Source of the DNA: Carcharhinus longimanus
Lineage: Eukaryota
Assembly: GCA_030264375.1 (NCBI GenBank)
Contig: JASCQW010000109.1
Coordinates: 68,909,351-68,973,350 of the forward strand
Direction of reading: 5' to 3'
DNA: 64,000 nucleotides
Part shown: positions 34,049 through 48,289 of the stretch, piece after piece
How the letters are laid out: each line of letters starts with the position of its first letter
Position numbering within the stretch: the stretch's first letter is position 1
Notes under the pieces: generated by a model
Database searches by the model: none
Told to the model about the DNA's origin: nothing
The model's input: only the letters and a program-made list of their open reading frames with translations
Program-made: the position numbers and the translations under genes

Positions 34049-34871
34049 TCCTTTTTTATACTTCAAAATACAACTCGTTCAAAGGGTTGACGACATGTTT
34101 TCCTTCACCCATGACCTCTGCTCAATGGTTATTTTACAACTCAAATGAAGTGCTTTTTTTAATATACTTTCTGGCCCCAGGACACTTCCTCGCCCCACCC
34201 CCAAATTAGCTCGGCAATGTCTTGTTAAGATGAAGCATTGTTTCTTTCTTTCTTATTACTTCTACATCTCGACCACAATCATCCGGACTCTGAGTTCTTC
34301 CCACTCAGGCGTTTATTACAAACACTTTCCTTCATCTCTGCCACACAACTCAACCAGAAACTACGGTGGCTGCGCCTTTTGCTGCCATTTCGAATAGTAT
34401 TAAACTCCTTTCCTGGAGAGAATCACTGCTTCCTCACTTATGATCGTACAAGNNNNNNNNNNNNNNNNNNNNNNNNNNNNNNNNNNNNNNNNNNNNNNNN
34501 NNNNNNNNNNNNNNNNNNNNNNNNNNNNNNNNNNNNNNNNNNNNNNNNNNNNCCCCCCACCCGCCAGCTTATGGTCGTCGTTCAAACCCAACTCTTGGAG
34601 CCATCCTTTGATCACACTTCGCAGTGGCCAATTCTTTGAACCAGAGACCATCCTGATTATGCATGGTTCTGCTCGTGTTTTTTTTTCTCGCCTGTCATGT
34701 TAGTCAGAACATTTCACGAATATAAATAGCATCACAGCCAGCTTTCATTTTCAATTTTACACCTGTGGCTGAATTTAACTGTGAATTTAGTTAGCTGTGC
34801 TCGTGCCTGTTACATTATGTTTTTTACATTTCCTTGCTCATGTCAAACAGTAACATTTTCAGTATGAATTT

Positions 34872-35197
34872 GGGGTGGCACGGTGGCACAATGGTTAGCA
34901 CAGCTGCCTCAGAGCGCCAGGGGCCCTGTTTCGGTTATCCGGTTTGGGTCACTATCTGCGCAGAGTCTGCACCTCCTCCCCATGTCTGTATGGGTTTCCT
35001 CCAGGTGCTCCGGTTTCCTCCCACATTCCAACAATGTGCGGGTTAGGTTGATTGGTCATGTAAAATTGCCCCTTAGTGTTAAGGGAACCAGCAGGGTAAA
35101 TACATGAGGTTACGGGGATGGTTTCTGGGTGGGGTCGTTTTTGGTGCAGTTTCGATGGGCCAAATTGTCATCTTTCGCACTGCAGGGATTCTATGAT
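34872..35197 (+). mobile_element. HE1-like V-SINE, tail type A (CR1-derived tail)
   Basis: ggggtggcacggtggcacaatggttagcacagctgcctcagagcgccaggg head, V core ggtgctccggtttcctcccacattcc, tail gatgggccaaattg..gggattctatgatt. Confidence 0.85.
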
Positions 35198-36149
35198 TCA
35201 GTTTTTCAACAGTAAGACGTTGACAGTTATTTTGATTGCAGCCGAACTGAACGTGTTACCCCATTATTCAAAGACAGTTTACCCTTTATGCGACAGTTCA
35301 ATCCAGAAGTAGCACAACCAACGCTACTGATCGATATTATGGGGTTTTGTTTGAACATTCCATAGACTGTTGAGTAATATAAAAAGGATGCATATCGAAT
35401 TGCATCTATGCCTCCACACGAGCTGTTTAGGTACTTTTGTGGTTGACAAATGTCCTTCGTCCCTGGTGCCATCACATCAAATCAGTTCTGTACGCAATCC
35501 AAACAATGCACAATGTCCCTCATGCGTGAAAGCATTGGCCATAATACTCCAAATACGTTACTATAGAAATATCCATATTGCATTGATACGTGTGAATTCC
35601 TATATATCACATAATTTATTGAAGTTGACTTGTATTTCCCAAGCTCTTTGCTTCGCGAATTCAATTATTCGAACACTTAAATTTTGATTTTTAAGGTCTA
35701 AACTGTAGTTTTAATGGAATCCCAACAAATATCAATAGCTTACTCTCCATTACAGTTGCCCTTGCAAATCATGTGGAATTCGGCGGGGGAGGCAAATTGG
35801 GGAGGACTTTGGGAATAGGGGATACTTCAGGGCGAACAATTATGATGGAAGGGAACGAGCTGCAGGCTCCAACAATTCTAACAAGGCTATTGTTTACAGA
35901 AATGAGCATGAAGTCATATTAAAATTGAACTTCGCTGTTTTCCATGTACAGGCCTGTTTTCCTTCGCGTATCATTCAAGTAGCTGACGGTGCGCAATGTA
36001 ACGGCGTACTTAAATAGAGTGTCTAAGATAACGCAATAGTACAACATATTTTTATTACTGATGTTAGTTGTGGCAAAATCTAATAATATGTCAACTTCTG
36101 ACATAGAAACACTCTTTCGTTTCAGGTTTTAGGGAGTTAGTAAATAAGC

Positions 36150-37340
36150 AGGAACTTATCACAGGTTCTGCGTGCTCAGAATCGGTGGATTGAGTGTCTC
36201 AACTTGTAACTGAAGAATTGGTGTCGGAGGGAGGACATCGGTTTTCTGAGGCACTGGTTCTGGTTCTGGGACAAGTGGAACTTGTAATAATGGGTGGGTT
36301 GCTCCTTAGCAGAACCGGGTCCACCATCTTCGCAGGCAGATTTTTTTGGGAGGGTGCGGGGCATTGGTTAAAGTAGCTGGGAATTGTGATGTAACCTGAA
36401 AGGGGGCTCAGGTTGGACAAAATCAAAACAAGAACATGCAGAGGAAACGTCGCAAGCTCATGTAGAAGGCAAGCATCAAAAGCATTACACTGCAGAATAA
36501 CTCTTAAAGTGACAAGGTTAAGGGCAATTTAACTGAACGCACGCAACATTTGTTCCAGGGTCAATGACTTGAAGACATATGTAAGGGGTAAATAGCCATA
36601 ACAATTGCCATTTCAGAAATGTTATTACAGGATGACCAGTACTAGCAACTGAATATTCAGGGTTATTCATCATTTAGGAAATGCCAGTGGCATGGAAAAT
36701 AAGGCGGGGTGGCTCTGTTAATAAGGGATGAGATGGGCCCATTAGTTACGGGGTGTCTTAGGTCAACCAATCCAGCTATAAAATTAGTTTGGATGGAAAT
36801 GGAAACAGCAAGGGAAAGTAAGTATTGGTGGGATTTTTTCCCGGCCACCAAACTGTGGTGCAATATTTTGCGCGGTGTAATTCAGTAAATTAGCGTTGCA
36901 TCTAGCACGGGTATTACAATGATGATAGGCGACTTCAATTTACATAAAGACTAGATAGTCCTAATCAGCACCAGTGCTGTGGTGGATGCCTCGCTGGAAT
37001 GTGAATGAGATGCGTTTCTGGAGCAGTCCGTTCAGTATCCAACTACGGTTTTGGCCACATTTGAAAGAAGAGAGAGCGAAACATGAGAACCACAAAATTG
37101 ATAGTTGGATGTCAGTGGTAGGGAAAATATTAGAATTTGTTATAAAGTGTATGACAACTGGACAAATAATGATGAATAATATGAATCAACATGGAGTTTC
37201 AGAAGGAACATTATTTTTGACAAACCTGTTGGCGTTCTTTGAGGATGTTACTTCATGCAATTATAAAGTCGAACAAGTGCATGAGGTTTACTTGGATTTT
37301 CAGAAGGCTTTAGATAAGGTTCCGCGCAGGAACTTGGAAT
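36150..37340 (+). mobile_element. Decayed CR1 LINE (ORF1 end, endonuclease, RT pieces)
   Basis: ggcgacttcaattta (GDFN); ORF 36974 SVVGKILE..NQHG..LTNLLAFFEDVT..VYLDFQKALDKVP. Confidence 0.75.
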
Positions 37341-37469
37341 AAAATTACAACTGTAATTTTGGGTAACCATAGATCTGGGGATATTGGGAGAATTGGCGTA
37401 CGATGTTGATTATCAGCCATTATCTGTTTGAATTGTGCAGTGGACTCGTCGTGCCGAACGACAAGGCCG

Positions 37470-39900
37470 TAAGACAAATGGCATTCGGCCCATCGAGTCA
37501 GTTTCGCCATTCAATCATGGCTGACATTTTTCTCATCCAAATTCTCCTGCCTTTTCCCCACAACCCCTGATCCCCTTAGTAATCAAGAAACTATCTATCT
37601 CTGTCTTAAAGACTCTCGATGACCTGGCCTCCGCAGTCTTCTGCGGCAAAGAGTTCCACAGATTCACCCCTGTCTAGCTGAAGAAATCCCTCCTCATTTC
37701 TGTTTTAAATGATCGTCCCTTTAGCCTGAGGTTGTGCCATCTCTTATCTTTTAGATAATGAAAAAACTCTTTCTATATCTTTTATATTACTAGCTAGTTT
37801 ACACCTCAGATTTCATCTTCTCACCCCTTATTGCTTTTGTAGTTGCCCTCTGCTCACTTTTAAAGGCTTCCCAATCCTCTTGTTTCCTACTAATCCTGGC
37901 CACTTTGTATGTTTTTTCTTTTGTGTCCTTGACTTCCCTTGTCAGCAATGGATGCCTCATCCTCCCCTTAGCATGTTTCCTCCTCCTTGGGATTAATTAC
38001 TGTTATGCCTCCCGAATAACCCCTAAAACTCCTGCCATTGTTGTTCCACGGTCTTCCTTGCTAGAGCCCCTTTCTAATCAACTCTGGCAAGTTTCTTGCT
38101 CGTGTCTTTGCAGTTACCTTTATTTAATTGTAATACTGTTCCATCTGATTCGAGCTTCTCTCTCTCAAACTGCAGGGTAAATTCTATCATATTATGGTCA
38201 CTGCTTTCTAAGGGTTCCTTCACGTTAAGTTTCCTAATCAAGTCTGCCTCATCACACATCACTAAATCCAGTATTGCCTGTTCCCTAGCAGGCTGTGTCA
38301 CAAGCTGCTCCTAGAAAACATCTCTTAGCCATTCCACAAATTCCTTTTCTTGGGATGCACTAGCTACCTGATTTCGCCAGTCCACATGCATATTGAAGCC
38401 CCCCATGGTTCTTGTAGTATTGCCGTTTTTGTATGCCTTTTCTATCTCCTGATTTATTTTCTGCACCACATCCTAACTATTGCTAGGGGGTCTGTACAGA
38501 ACTTCCATCAGGGTCGTTTTACCTTTGCAATTCCTCAACTCTGTCCACAAAGATTCTATGCCTTCTGATCCTGCATAACTTTTTGCTATCGATTTAACTA
38601 CATTCTTTATTAACATTGCAATCCTAGCCCTTTTGCCGATCTGCATGTCCTTTCAATTGGACACATATCCTTGGATATTTAGATCCCAGCCCTGATAGAC
38701 TTGTAGCCATGACTCTGTGATGCCCAGAACATTGGACCGGCCAATTTCAATGTGCGCAACCAACTCATTTATGTTCTTCCATATACTGTGCGTATTTAGG
38801 TGCGACACCCCCAGTCCTGCATTGATCAATTCCTTTCTCATACTTGTCACCTTTTTTTGCTCTGCTCGAGGTTAGATTCCTGCCACCTTCTATACTTTCT
38901 GTTCATGTTCTTGAAAATTTGCTAACTTTTCCTGAGCCTTCAGCTCCTTTAACTAGTTAAAAGCCCTCATTATTAACCCACAATTCTACCCTCCCCTTTA
39001 AGCTTGATTTTCTAATTCTCCTTACAACTGAACGCCCTCCTTTATTTAGTTTAAAGCCTTATCTACATCCCCAGTTCTACGATTCGCCAGGACTCTGCTG
39101 CCAGCATGATTCAGATGAAGACCATGTTCTATGTTCTTTGAGCCACGTATTCGCCTCTTAATGTTATTGACCCTGTGCCACTTAGTTCTTGTCTCAGGTA
39201 GTAATCAAGAGGTTATTACTTTTTTGGCTGTTCATACTTCCTTAAAAGAACCTTTGCTCCCGTTCTACCTATGCCATTGGTAACTGTAACCACGCCAACT
39301 GGATCTTTACCCTCCCACTCTAAATTCTTCTACAGCCCAGATGAGATATCCAGACCCAACCACCAGGCAGGCAACACAACTTTCGGGATTTTCGATCCTG
39401 GTCACAGAGATCAGTGTCAATTCCCCTAACTACACTATCCACAATGACGACTACATTTCTATTTTCTCCCCATATTTGAATGACTCCTTATAACACGGTG
39501 TCGTGGTCAGTTTTCTCATCCTTCCTGCAGTACCCCTTCCGTTGTGCATAGGGAGCAAGAATCTGGACAAATTCAGGGACTGAGGCTTCTGCGACCCTAC
39601 TTCCTCGACCCATCTATCACCTCAATTGCTGCCACTGCCTCCTTCTTTGACCATTGGCCAAATTCAAGTTATTTCATCTTAGTGGTGTGGCTACCTCCTG
39701 GAACACAGTGCCCAGGTATCTACCCCCCTCCCTAACGTGTCGCAGCATCTGAAGCTCAGAATCCAACTCATCCACTCTAAGCCGGAGTTCCTCAAGCGAC
39801 CAACATCTACTGTAGACGTGCTCACTGAGAACCACAATGGGGCCCACCAGATCCCACATCATACAGGAACAACACGTCACCTGACTCTCCATCTCTATTG
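37470..39900 (-). mobile_element. CR1 LINE, internally deleted (ORF1, endonuclease, 3' end)
   Basis: Minus ORFs 39674 (CCSCMMW..LRVDELDSEL), 38653 (LGITESWL..WDLNIQGY) and 38074 (ILDLVM..SDHNMIEF); 3' tail at 37470-37745. Confidence 0.85.
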
Positions 39901-41799
39901 TATTTAATTTTTAATTTGGGTTTTAATTTTTTATATTTAAACTTTTTAAAATTATATATTCCCTCATTATCTCAGTCTCAACGCAATTTCTAACCAGTAA
40001 TTTAAATGGATTTTCAAATGTAGTAGAACTCCTTGTTAGCCAGCCAAATCACAGCCCTTCTGTTATGTCACTTTTAAGTTTTTTTTAGCCCGAACTCACA
40101 GTCAGTTTCAGAGAATCAAGAGTAGCACTAACTTACCAATCAGCACTCTCCCTTGTGGCGTCTGCTGCCTGTTTCACTTAACTCCCTGTCTCCACCCAAC
40201 TCCAAAAGCACTCCTCAAAGCTCGGTAGCACTCACCGTGCAGGTCTACTCTTATACTCTTTCCATCCTTTTTAGTTCTTCATATTTTGGGCTTTTTCTTT
40301 CCTTTTCTTTGGCTGTGCATCGTTGGGCGCGGGTTGGACTTGCCACATTTATAGAGAGATTTTTGGGGTCGGACAGAGAGAGCATATATCCCCTTTTCTT
40401 CGTGCTCTGCCACTTTTCTTTCGGCTCACGTCCAACCCTTGTTGCTCCCCGTGATGCCTTTATTATGTGATCTGTTGTCTTCTTGACTCCTGGATCTTTT
40501 TCTTCTTATATGTTATATATTATTATCCATGTTAGCTTTTTCTTATGTGTGATGACGTGTGGGGGGAAAAGAAGCGTGCTGTTCTGCTTCTGTCGTGTTT
40601 TCGGTGGTTAGGGGGAGGTTGTTGATGTGGTGTGTGTTAAGAGGAGGGAGCTGCTAGGTTGGGTGTTAACATGGTTGCGGTTGCTTGCATGGATGTCCAA
40701 GTGGTGTGTAATAATGAACGATGTTTTATTTTGGCTCTGTAACTTTGATTTTCTTCTGAGTGATGTGACTTTGCACGTATGTAGGTAGTTTCTTTTCATC
40801 GCCAAAGATTATTAAAACTTTATCACTGTTAAATTACACCGTTGAAAATGCACTTGAACTTAAATTCATGAGCCCTAATTTTTCAGTTACCCGAAGTGTA
40901 GGGCAAAAGCGAAGGTATCCTGATTCACATCAGTGGCCTCAGTTCTGCGTCTGTCAGGGGGATCTTAAAATAGCGAGCCCTCTGGAGGAGCAGGGTATTT
41001 CCGACAGCAACTTTTGCATTTCTGCCAGTGACTGCGAATACGCGATTCCAGAATTTGCTTTCAAATGCACTCTGGAATGAAAAGAAACACTGATACACCT
41101 GCTGTGATTATTCAGTATAACCTATCCAGATATTTTCCACCCTCATGATCGCAACAAAAATAACCAAAATCACAGATGATTATTTTGTATGATTGTCACC
41201 GCAGTGTCCTACCCGCGACTTTCCTTTCTTCACTGAGGCCTTTGACATCTTGGGCCAGAATATATTACCTAAATGTATTTCCATACTCTCACGACCAAAC
41301 GCAACTACTACGATCCATGCATTCTGAAATAAGAACAATAAATATTGAAATTCTCATCAGATTAGACAGCATGTGTGGAGAGAACAGAGCCAACGTTGTA
41401 TGGTCTATGATCTTTCATCAGGCCAATATTCTCTGTCACTTCCCTAGCTTGTTGATTGCAATAAATGTCGATAATGTGTAATAAAGTTCACTGGGTGATT
41501 ATTCTCTCCCCGCACTTGGACCATTTCACTACTGCTTTGCCTTCAGGGGATTATTTTCAATCGTGACATCATCTATATATATTTAGTCAGCATCTACATA
41601 TTATTTCGTTGGAAACTATTCTACTGCTGCATCATCAACATCAGTCACTTCACAGACTTTATGTTACTGGGTTGCATGACTGCCATTGTGTTTTCGGCAA
41701 ATTTTCTACGAAGAAAAATTTGGATACCTCCAAAGGTATCGACAAAAGGCCGCTGTTGCAAGCTTCTTACCATTGCAATTAGTTAAGGGAGCCCGTCAA

Positions 41800-42380
41800 C
41801 ACCTCTAGTTTCCAAGAAGGCTAAGGAAATTCGGCATGCCCATTACGACTCATTACGATTTACAGATGCACCATAGAGAGCTTTCTCGATGTATCACAGT
41901 TTGGTATGGCTAATGTTCTGACCAAGACTGCAAAAAACTACAACGTGTTATGAACGTAGCCCAGTCCATCATGCAAATCAGCTTCCCATCTATTGACTTC
42001 GCCTACATTTCCTGCTGCCTCGAAAAGCAGCCAACATAAACAAGGTCCCTGGGGACATGCTCTCTTCCACCTTCTTCCACTGAGAAACGGATACAAACGT
42101 CTGAAATCAAGTAGCAACCGACTCAAGAACAATTTCTTCCCTGCTGCGATCAGATCTTTGAATGAAACTACTGTATATTAACTACTGTGATCATTCTCTA
42201 CACGCTAGATATGACTGTAACAATATATTTTGCATACTCTCATTTCATTCTCCCGTATCTTCTCTATGAACATTGGGGAGATGTTTTGGCTATATAGCGC
42301 GCAAGAAACATTAGTTTTTGCTGTATTCCAATACATTTAACAATAATAAATCAAAACACATTCAGTCACATCAAATCAAA
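41800..42380 (+). mobile_element. Rex1/Babar LINE 3' fragment
   Basis: ORF 41993 HALFHLLPLRNGYKRLKSSSNRLKNNFFPAAIRSLN; homologous to 28710-29100; tail caataataaatcaaa. Confidence 0.8.
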
Positions 42381-42856
42381 TTTGCGGTTTTCCCGTCAAT
42401 GGGGTGGATCGTTTCGATCTTTCTACATCTCTAGCTTTTCCAAAACTCTCCTTAAAATCCACCTATTTGACTATAATTTGGTCACACTATTAATCTCCGT
42501 TTTGGTGTATGTTCTTTAAGGGGCCATTTCTGTTAGATTATGTCCTCGGCTTTTACTGTTTTTGCAGATCTCTTTTCACTCGCACACGTTACTGATTTAA
42601 ATAACAGCGAAACAAGTTTTGACTTTCAACTCCGTCTGGAACTTATTCCAAACATCAACCTTTTCATGACAATTTCGAATACTTACAGCTCCCAGTTCAC
42701 GTGCATAAAAATGTTTGCCAGTCACTGAATGAGAAAATTACATTGTTGGAATGTTGTTGATGATGACACAGACACCTGCGTAGCCATGCCAGTTGTAAAT
42801 GACAGTTCATCACTCAGACTTTTAATAGAAAGCTTACAGAGATAGTGATAGGAAAC

Positions 42857-43497
42857 TAAGTGGATAGAGCCGTGAAGAAGGCTTATAGTGTGTTAACGTT
42901 TATTAACGGGGGATTTGAATTTAAGAGCAGTGGGTTTATGCTGCAACTCTACCGGACCTTGGTGAGGCTAGATTTGGAATATTGTGTGCAGTTCTGGTCA
43001 CCTCACTATAAGAAGGATGCGGAAGCATTGGAGAGAGTGCAGAGGAGATTTACCAGGGTGCTGCCTGGTTTGGAGGGTAGATCTTATGAGGAAAGTTTGA
43101 GGGAGCTGGGGCTTTTCTCTTTAGAGCGGAGGAGGATGAGAGGGGAATTAATAGAGGCTTATTCGACGATGAGGGGAATAGATAGAGTGGACGTGCAGAG
43201 ACTGCTTCCTCGGGTGGATGTAACTGTTACTAGGGGGTATAACTATGAGATTCATGGTGGGAGATATTGGTGGGGTGTCCGAGGTAGATTCTTTTTGCTC
43301 AGAGAGTGGTTGGGGTGTGGAATGCTGTGATAGTGGAATCGGAAGTTTAGGAACTTTGAAGCAGTTATTGGATAGGCGCATGGAGCACAACAGAATGATA
43401 GGGAGTGGGATAGCTTTATCTTGGGTTTGGACATAGTTCGGCACAGCATCGAGGGCCAAAGGGCCTGTACTGTGCTGTACGGTTCTATGTTCTATGT
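42857..43497 (+). mobile_element. CR1 LINE 3' part, relatively young
   Basis: ORF 42860 LYRTLVRLDLEYCVQFWSPHYKKDAEALERVQRRFTRVLPGL; tail gggcctgtactgtgctgtacggttctatgttctatgt. Confidence 0.9.
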
Positions 43498-45148
43498 AGT
43501 TCGGGGACAATTCCGAAGGAGTATCTTCAACAGCTCACCACGATGTTTCTAAAATTGATTTAACAATAAGTGTACATGAATCTGACGATTAACAATGGTC
43601 AATCAATGGGCAATTTCAAACTGATAATGGAACAGTGAATACATAGTTTACCTTTCATTGTACTTCTCAGTTTATGTTCTGAACCAAAAATGCAAGTGGT
43701 GCATGCAATACTCGCCAAAAGGCTGAACTTGGAAAAGAAACCGAACAGACACATTGATTATAGCGGATTAACAGGCAATTGTTCCATTTGTCATAAGTTT
43801 CTTTACTGAGCTCATTCTATGTGGCCGTCCTGATTATTGAGGGACACAACGTAAATATTTGGCTGACTTGTTCTTCACAAATGGATCTTGTCTTCTAACA
43901 ACACACGCAATTCGTTTTTACACGTTCAGCAACGAAATCATATCACCTATGGCAAAGGAAGGAAAAATATGGCACACCAAAACAGTTGATTACGTTGAGA
44001 TGCATTGAATGGGAAGCAGCAAATGATTCCATCTTACCGGATTGATGGTAATTAGTGACTGTTTTCTTTGGGTTTTGCACATGATGAAGATGGATAGAAT
44101 CAAATAACTCCCTGAAGCTGCATTTCAAGATCAGTCTCCTCTGCAAGATGCAGCAATGGCTATCATGAATTTGTCCGGCCAAAAATAAACTATTAGATTC
44201 ATTTTCTAGAGGCACAAGTTGCCTAAAGTTTTTCAGAAATGTCACCTTAATCTGCTACTGTATGAATGGAAAATAGCGCCAATCTATTAGCAGTATGTTA
44301 CCGAGCTTTCCCACATTATAATCTGCTCGTGTCTTATTTCATATGTAGATTTGATGCAATTGTTCAACATGTAAAACAGAATGCAATGTTGCTAGTGAAC
44401 AATTTCCTGCAAAATATATGTGTGAAAAGTTTACCTGTCAATCTTAAACTTTACTGAAATTAAACAATATTCCCGAAAGCTTATTCACTACATTCATTAT
44501 TGCACAATTCGTTTTGAGGAGCTTATTTTTGAAATTTTCCACAATTTTTGCCTAATTATTCGGATGTATCATTGACGTATGCAATGATAGGAAACTTGCT
44601 CACCAAGGACAGGGTGGTTCTACGGATGATTTCCAGATTGTTGTACATAAATTGCAGGGGTTCTGCAGTCAGAAGTTATAAGTATGCCGAGCGTTACGGC
44701 AACAGCACGATGGGCTATCCTTGGCTCTTGCTGGCGTGGAAGAAATTGCGTGTATCCCCAGCATTTTAAAACATAAAATGTATATTTTAAAAATTGTTTC
44801 TGCGGAGTTATCCATTAGGTTTCCCGCGTCGAGGAATACATAAGAATTTGGAATCTGTTTCTGCAGATTTTATTTATTGAAGCCTAACGTGTGCCACTCT
44901 GCATCAAGCGTGGTCCTGCAGGAGGCTCTTCCCCTCAAAATACCTGCAAAATATTGTTGGAAGGATTTGCAGGTTGATCATCTGTTTCACTGCGTAATAA
45001 ACACATCTTTCTTCGTTATTAAGCCTTGTGTGGGTCTCAAGCCCAGTGCTCCAGGCTTAGAGTAGGGACGATACATATTGTGCCACCAGACCATTTATTA
45101 GATTTTAAGTTGCGCACTATGAAATGTTAAACATTTCGGAACAGTGTA

Positions 45149-45238
45149 GCTTTAAGGTCAGTAGCTGCAGTTATTGGTTAAGTCTCTTCGTGTCGCTGTC
45201 TACCAATAAGGAACTGAGAGACTGGCAGTGATCTACCC
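45149..45238 (+). promoter_or_regulatory. Pcdh promoter with CSE/CGCT box (putative CTCF site)
   Basis: GCTTTAAG 45149, TGCAG 45166, ATTGG 45173, CGCT 45194, CCAAT 45203, GATCTACC 45230. Confidence 0.88.
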
Positions 45239-45452
45239 GCCTCCTCCGGCAGAGAAATAACAGAAGGGACAGACAGTGCCTGCCTTTTTTGTTGGACGGC
45301 CATGCTCAAAGAAGCTGCTCAGGTCGGGACTTTTCAGTCCTCAGTCTAATGTTAGCATTTAGAAATATATTTTATTTATGTCGCAGAAGAAAAAAATAAT
45401 ATAAACTGTGGGCCGACGTTTTGAATTTTTACGGCAAATTGCAGTCACAGCA

Positions 45453-47846
45453 ATGGCGAATATACTCAAGAGCGGGGCGTTTTTCATTTTCCTGCTTTGT
45501 GTGGCCGACCTGGTTTCTGGACAAATTCGTTACGCGATTCCCGAGGAACTGGAGCACGGGGCCTTTGTGGGGAATATCGCTGAGGACTTAACACTCAAAA
45601 TCTGGGAATTACCGGCTCGCAAATTTCGGTTGGTCTCTGATGACAAGAAACAATACATGGCGGTAAATCAAGAAAATGGGATTTTATATGTTAATGAAAG
45701 AATCGACCGTGAACTGATCTGTAGACAAAGCGCTCCGTGTTCCCTTTCGTTTCAAGTAGCCCTTGATAATCCTTTGGAAATTCATCATGTCGCCGTGGAA
45801 ATACTGGACGTAAATGACAATTCACCTAGATTTTCAAAAGATGAATTCTCTCTGCAAATCGGTGAGTTAACCGCCCCAGGTGCGCGCTTCCCAGTCGAGC
45901 GAGCGCACGATCCAGACGTGGGTCCAAATGCAATCAGCACTTACCAAATCAGCCCAAACGAGCACTTCGGTATTAAAGTTCAGACAAGAACAGATGGAAG
46001 CAAAACTGCTGAGTTGTTATTAGAGAAGTCATTGGATCGTGAGCAACAGTCCAGCTTTCATATTGTACTGACAGCCATTGACGGCGGGATTCCGCACAGA
46101 TCTGGCACCACGCAGATTCTAATTATTGTAATAGACGGCAATGATAACGCACCGGTATTTGATCATGAAGTCTATGAAGCAATAATCCCAGAAAATGCCC
46201 CTCAAGGTACCTTAGTAACAACAATCAAGGCTGTTGATTTAGATCAAGGCGTGAATGGCGAGATAACGTATTCTTTCACAAGTCACGTGTCCGAAAGAAT
46301 TTTCGAGCTATTCCAATTGGACCCAATAACTGGAGAGATCAGAGTTCAGGCTGTATTGGATTTTGAAGAATCGAGTGTTTACGAACTTGATGTGCAAGCT
46401 GTGGACAGCGCTCCGCCTATTATGACCGGACATGCCAAAGTTATGATCGATCTAATTGATATGAATGATAACATCCCTGAGATACAGGTGAGCTCGGTGT
46501 CCAACATCATTCCAGAAGACGCTGCACCAGGCTCGGTAATAGCTGCGATCAGTGTGACAGATTTAGATTCTGGAGCAAATGGTCAGGTGGAGTGTCAGGT
46601 TTCTGGAGATATTCCATTTAAACTCCAAAACTTTTTGACGAATAACTATAAATTGGTAACACGCGATACTCTGGATCGCGAAACGGCCCCATTATACAAC
46701 ATATCTATTTCAGCCTGGGATAAAGGCTCCCCCCCTCTTCATACAAGCAAAATCATTTTGGTTTCGGTTTCAGATATAAATGACAACGCACCTCGCTTTA
46801 TAAAATCCTCATATAACGTGTATCTGATGGAGAACAATACTCCTGGAGAATCTATATTTGCTGTTACTGCTTTGGATCCAGATTTGGATCAGAATGGGGA
46901 GGTCATCTATTCAATTGTGAACAGTCAGATAGACGAGGAACCGATGTCAGCTTATGTTACAATTAATTCCAAAAATGGGAAAATTTACGCGATTCGTTCC
47001 TTTGATTATGAAACACTGAAGTATTTTAATGTCAAAATTCAAGCTGAGGATGCTGGATCTCCCCCGTTAAGCAGCACTGCCACCATGAATATTATTATCT
47101 TGGACCAAAATGACAATACCCCTGTTATTGTTTCACCTTTAACCTTGAACAGTTCAGCATCAGTGGAGATTAGCCCTCAGTCAGTGTATCCAGGTTACTT
47201 GATCACCAAGGTAATCGCGACTGATGCCGATTCCGGCCAGAATGCAAGGCTTTCCTACCAACTGTTGGGGGCCTCTGATCCCAGTCTGTTCACCGTGGGG
47301 TCCCTGACTGGAGAAGTAAGAGCAACTGGACGATTGAGAGACCAAGACATAATTACAGAACGATTGATCCTCAGTGTGAAGGATAATGGACAACCAAGCC
47401 TTTCCAGTACCGTCACAGTCTCATTTTCAATCGTCCCCAATTTTACTGAAATATCTTCTAAGCAAAATAACGTCCCGAGCCAGTCGAAATATTTCTCCGA
47501 TTTAAATCGTTATTTGATCATCATTTTTGGATCGACTTCATTTTTGTTTCTCGTGACCATTATTTTTCTGATCGCCTTGAAATTTACACAAAAGAGAAAC
47601 ATTGCAGAAAACTACAATTCGACAGCTTGTTCTTACAGAAGAAGTAATTCGAATAACGTTTTTAATCAGAGACCTGCAACAAAGCCGCCTTTGAATTATA
47701 GCGGGACTGCTCAAACGGAAGGTTTTGGTTTCACTGTCTGTTTATCACCAGAGTCGTCGAAAAGCGATTTTCTGTTTCTGAAACCCTGCCATCCTACTTT
47801 GCCATTCAGTGAAGTGAATGTCCGTGATACCAACGTGACGAGCTAA
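45453..47846 (+). CDS. Clustered protocadherin, single-exon ORF (797 aa from ATG 45453)
   Basis: The ORF-track start at 45408 is GTG; first ATG GCAATGG (MANILKSG..). Six EC repeats, TM, FTVCLSPESSKSDFLFLKPCHPTLPF. Confidence 0.95.
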   Translation: MANILKSGAFFIFLLCVADLVSGQIRYAIPEELEHGAFVGNIAEDLTLKIWELPARKFRLVSDDKKQYMAVNQENGILYVNERIDRELICRQSAPCSLSFQVALDNPLEIHHVAVEILDVNDNSPRFSKDEFSLQIGELTAPGARFPVERAHDPDVGPNAISTYQISPNEHFGIKVQTRTDGSKTAELLLEKSLDREQQSSFHIVLTAIDGGIPHRSGTTQILIIVIDGNDNAPVFDHEVYEAIIPENAPQGTLVTTIKAVDLDQGVNGEITYSFTSHVSERIFELFQLDPITGEIRVQAVLDFEESSVYELDVQAVDSAPPIMTGHAKVMIDLIDMNDNIPEIQVSSVSNIIPEDAAPGSVIAAISVTDLDSGANGQVECQVSGDIPFKLQNFLTNNYKLVTRDTLDRETAPLYNISISAWDKGSPPLHTSKIILVSVSDINDNAPRFIKSSYNVYLMENNTPGESIFAVTALDPDLDQNGEVIYSIVNSQIDEEPMSAYVTINSKNGKIYAIRSFDYETLKYFNVKIQAEDAGSPPLSSTATMNIIILDQNDNTPVIVSPLTLNSSASVEISPQSVYPGYLITKVIATDADSGQNARLSYQLLGASDPSLFTVGSLTGEVRATGRLRDQDIITERLILSVKDNGQPSLSSTVTVSFSIVPNFTEISSKQNNVPSQSKYFSDLNRYLIIIFGSTSFLFLVTIIFLIALKFTQKRNIAENYNSTACSYRRSNSNNVFNQRPATKPPLNYSGTAQTEGFGFTVCLSPESSKSDFLFLKPCHPTLPFSEVNVRDTNVTS

Positions 47847-48289
47847 TTTGGAAAGCAACTCTTACACACGCAGGTACTTCATTTTCATGATGAGTTATGT
47901 TTATTCAATTAACGCTCGTTTTAATATTTTTGACCAAATGCTTCCACTGCTCGCAGAAGGCACGGCAGTTTAATTTCTTACTGCTCTTTGTCAGGAAGCC
48001 AGATCAGAAACGCCAAGATATATTATGAAGCCACGTTAAACCCCAACTTTTTCTTACTTTGGCTTTAATGTGAGGAAAGAATGTTTTACTCCAGGCGTAA
48101 CTCCACTCACAAATTACGGATATTTTAACAAGACTAGCTGAATTTATAATATAATTAGGGGATACATCCTGACATTTTCTGTTCTTTCCCAGCAGTTGAA
48201 TCAGTGGAACAATCACACTGGTAAATTTGGCACGAATGTCCTTAGGAAAAACTCATGCCTAGGAATCTCAACGCTTATCATCTCGTTGA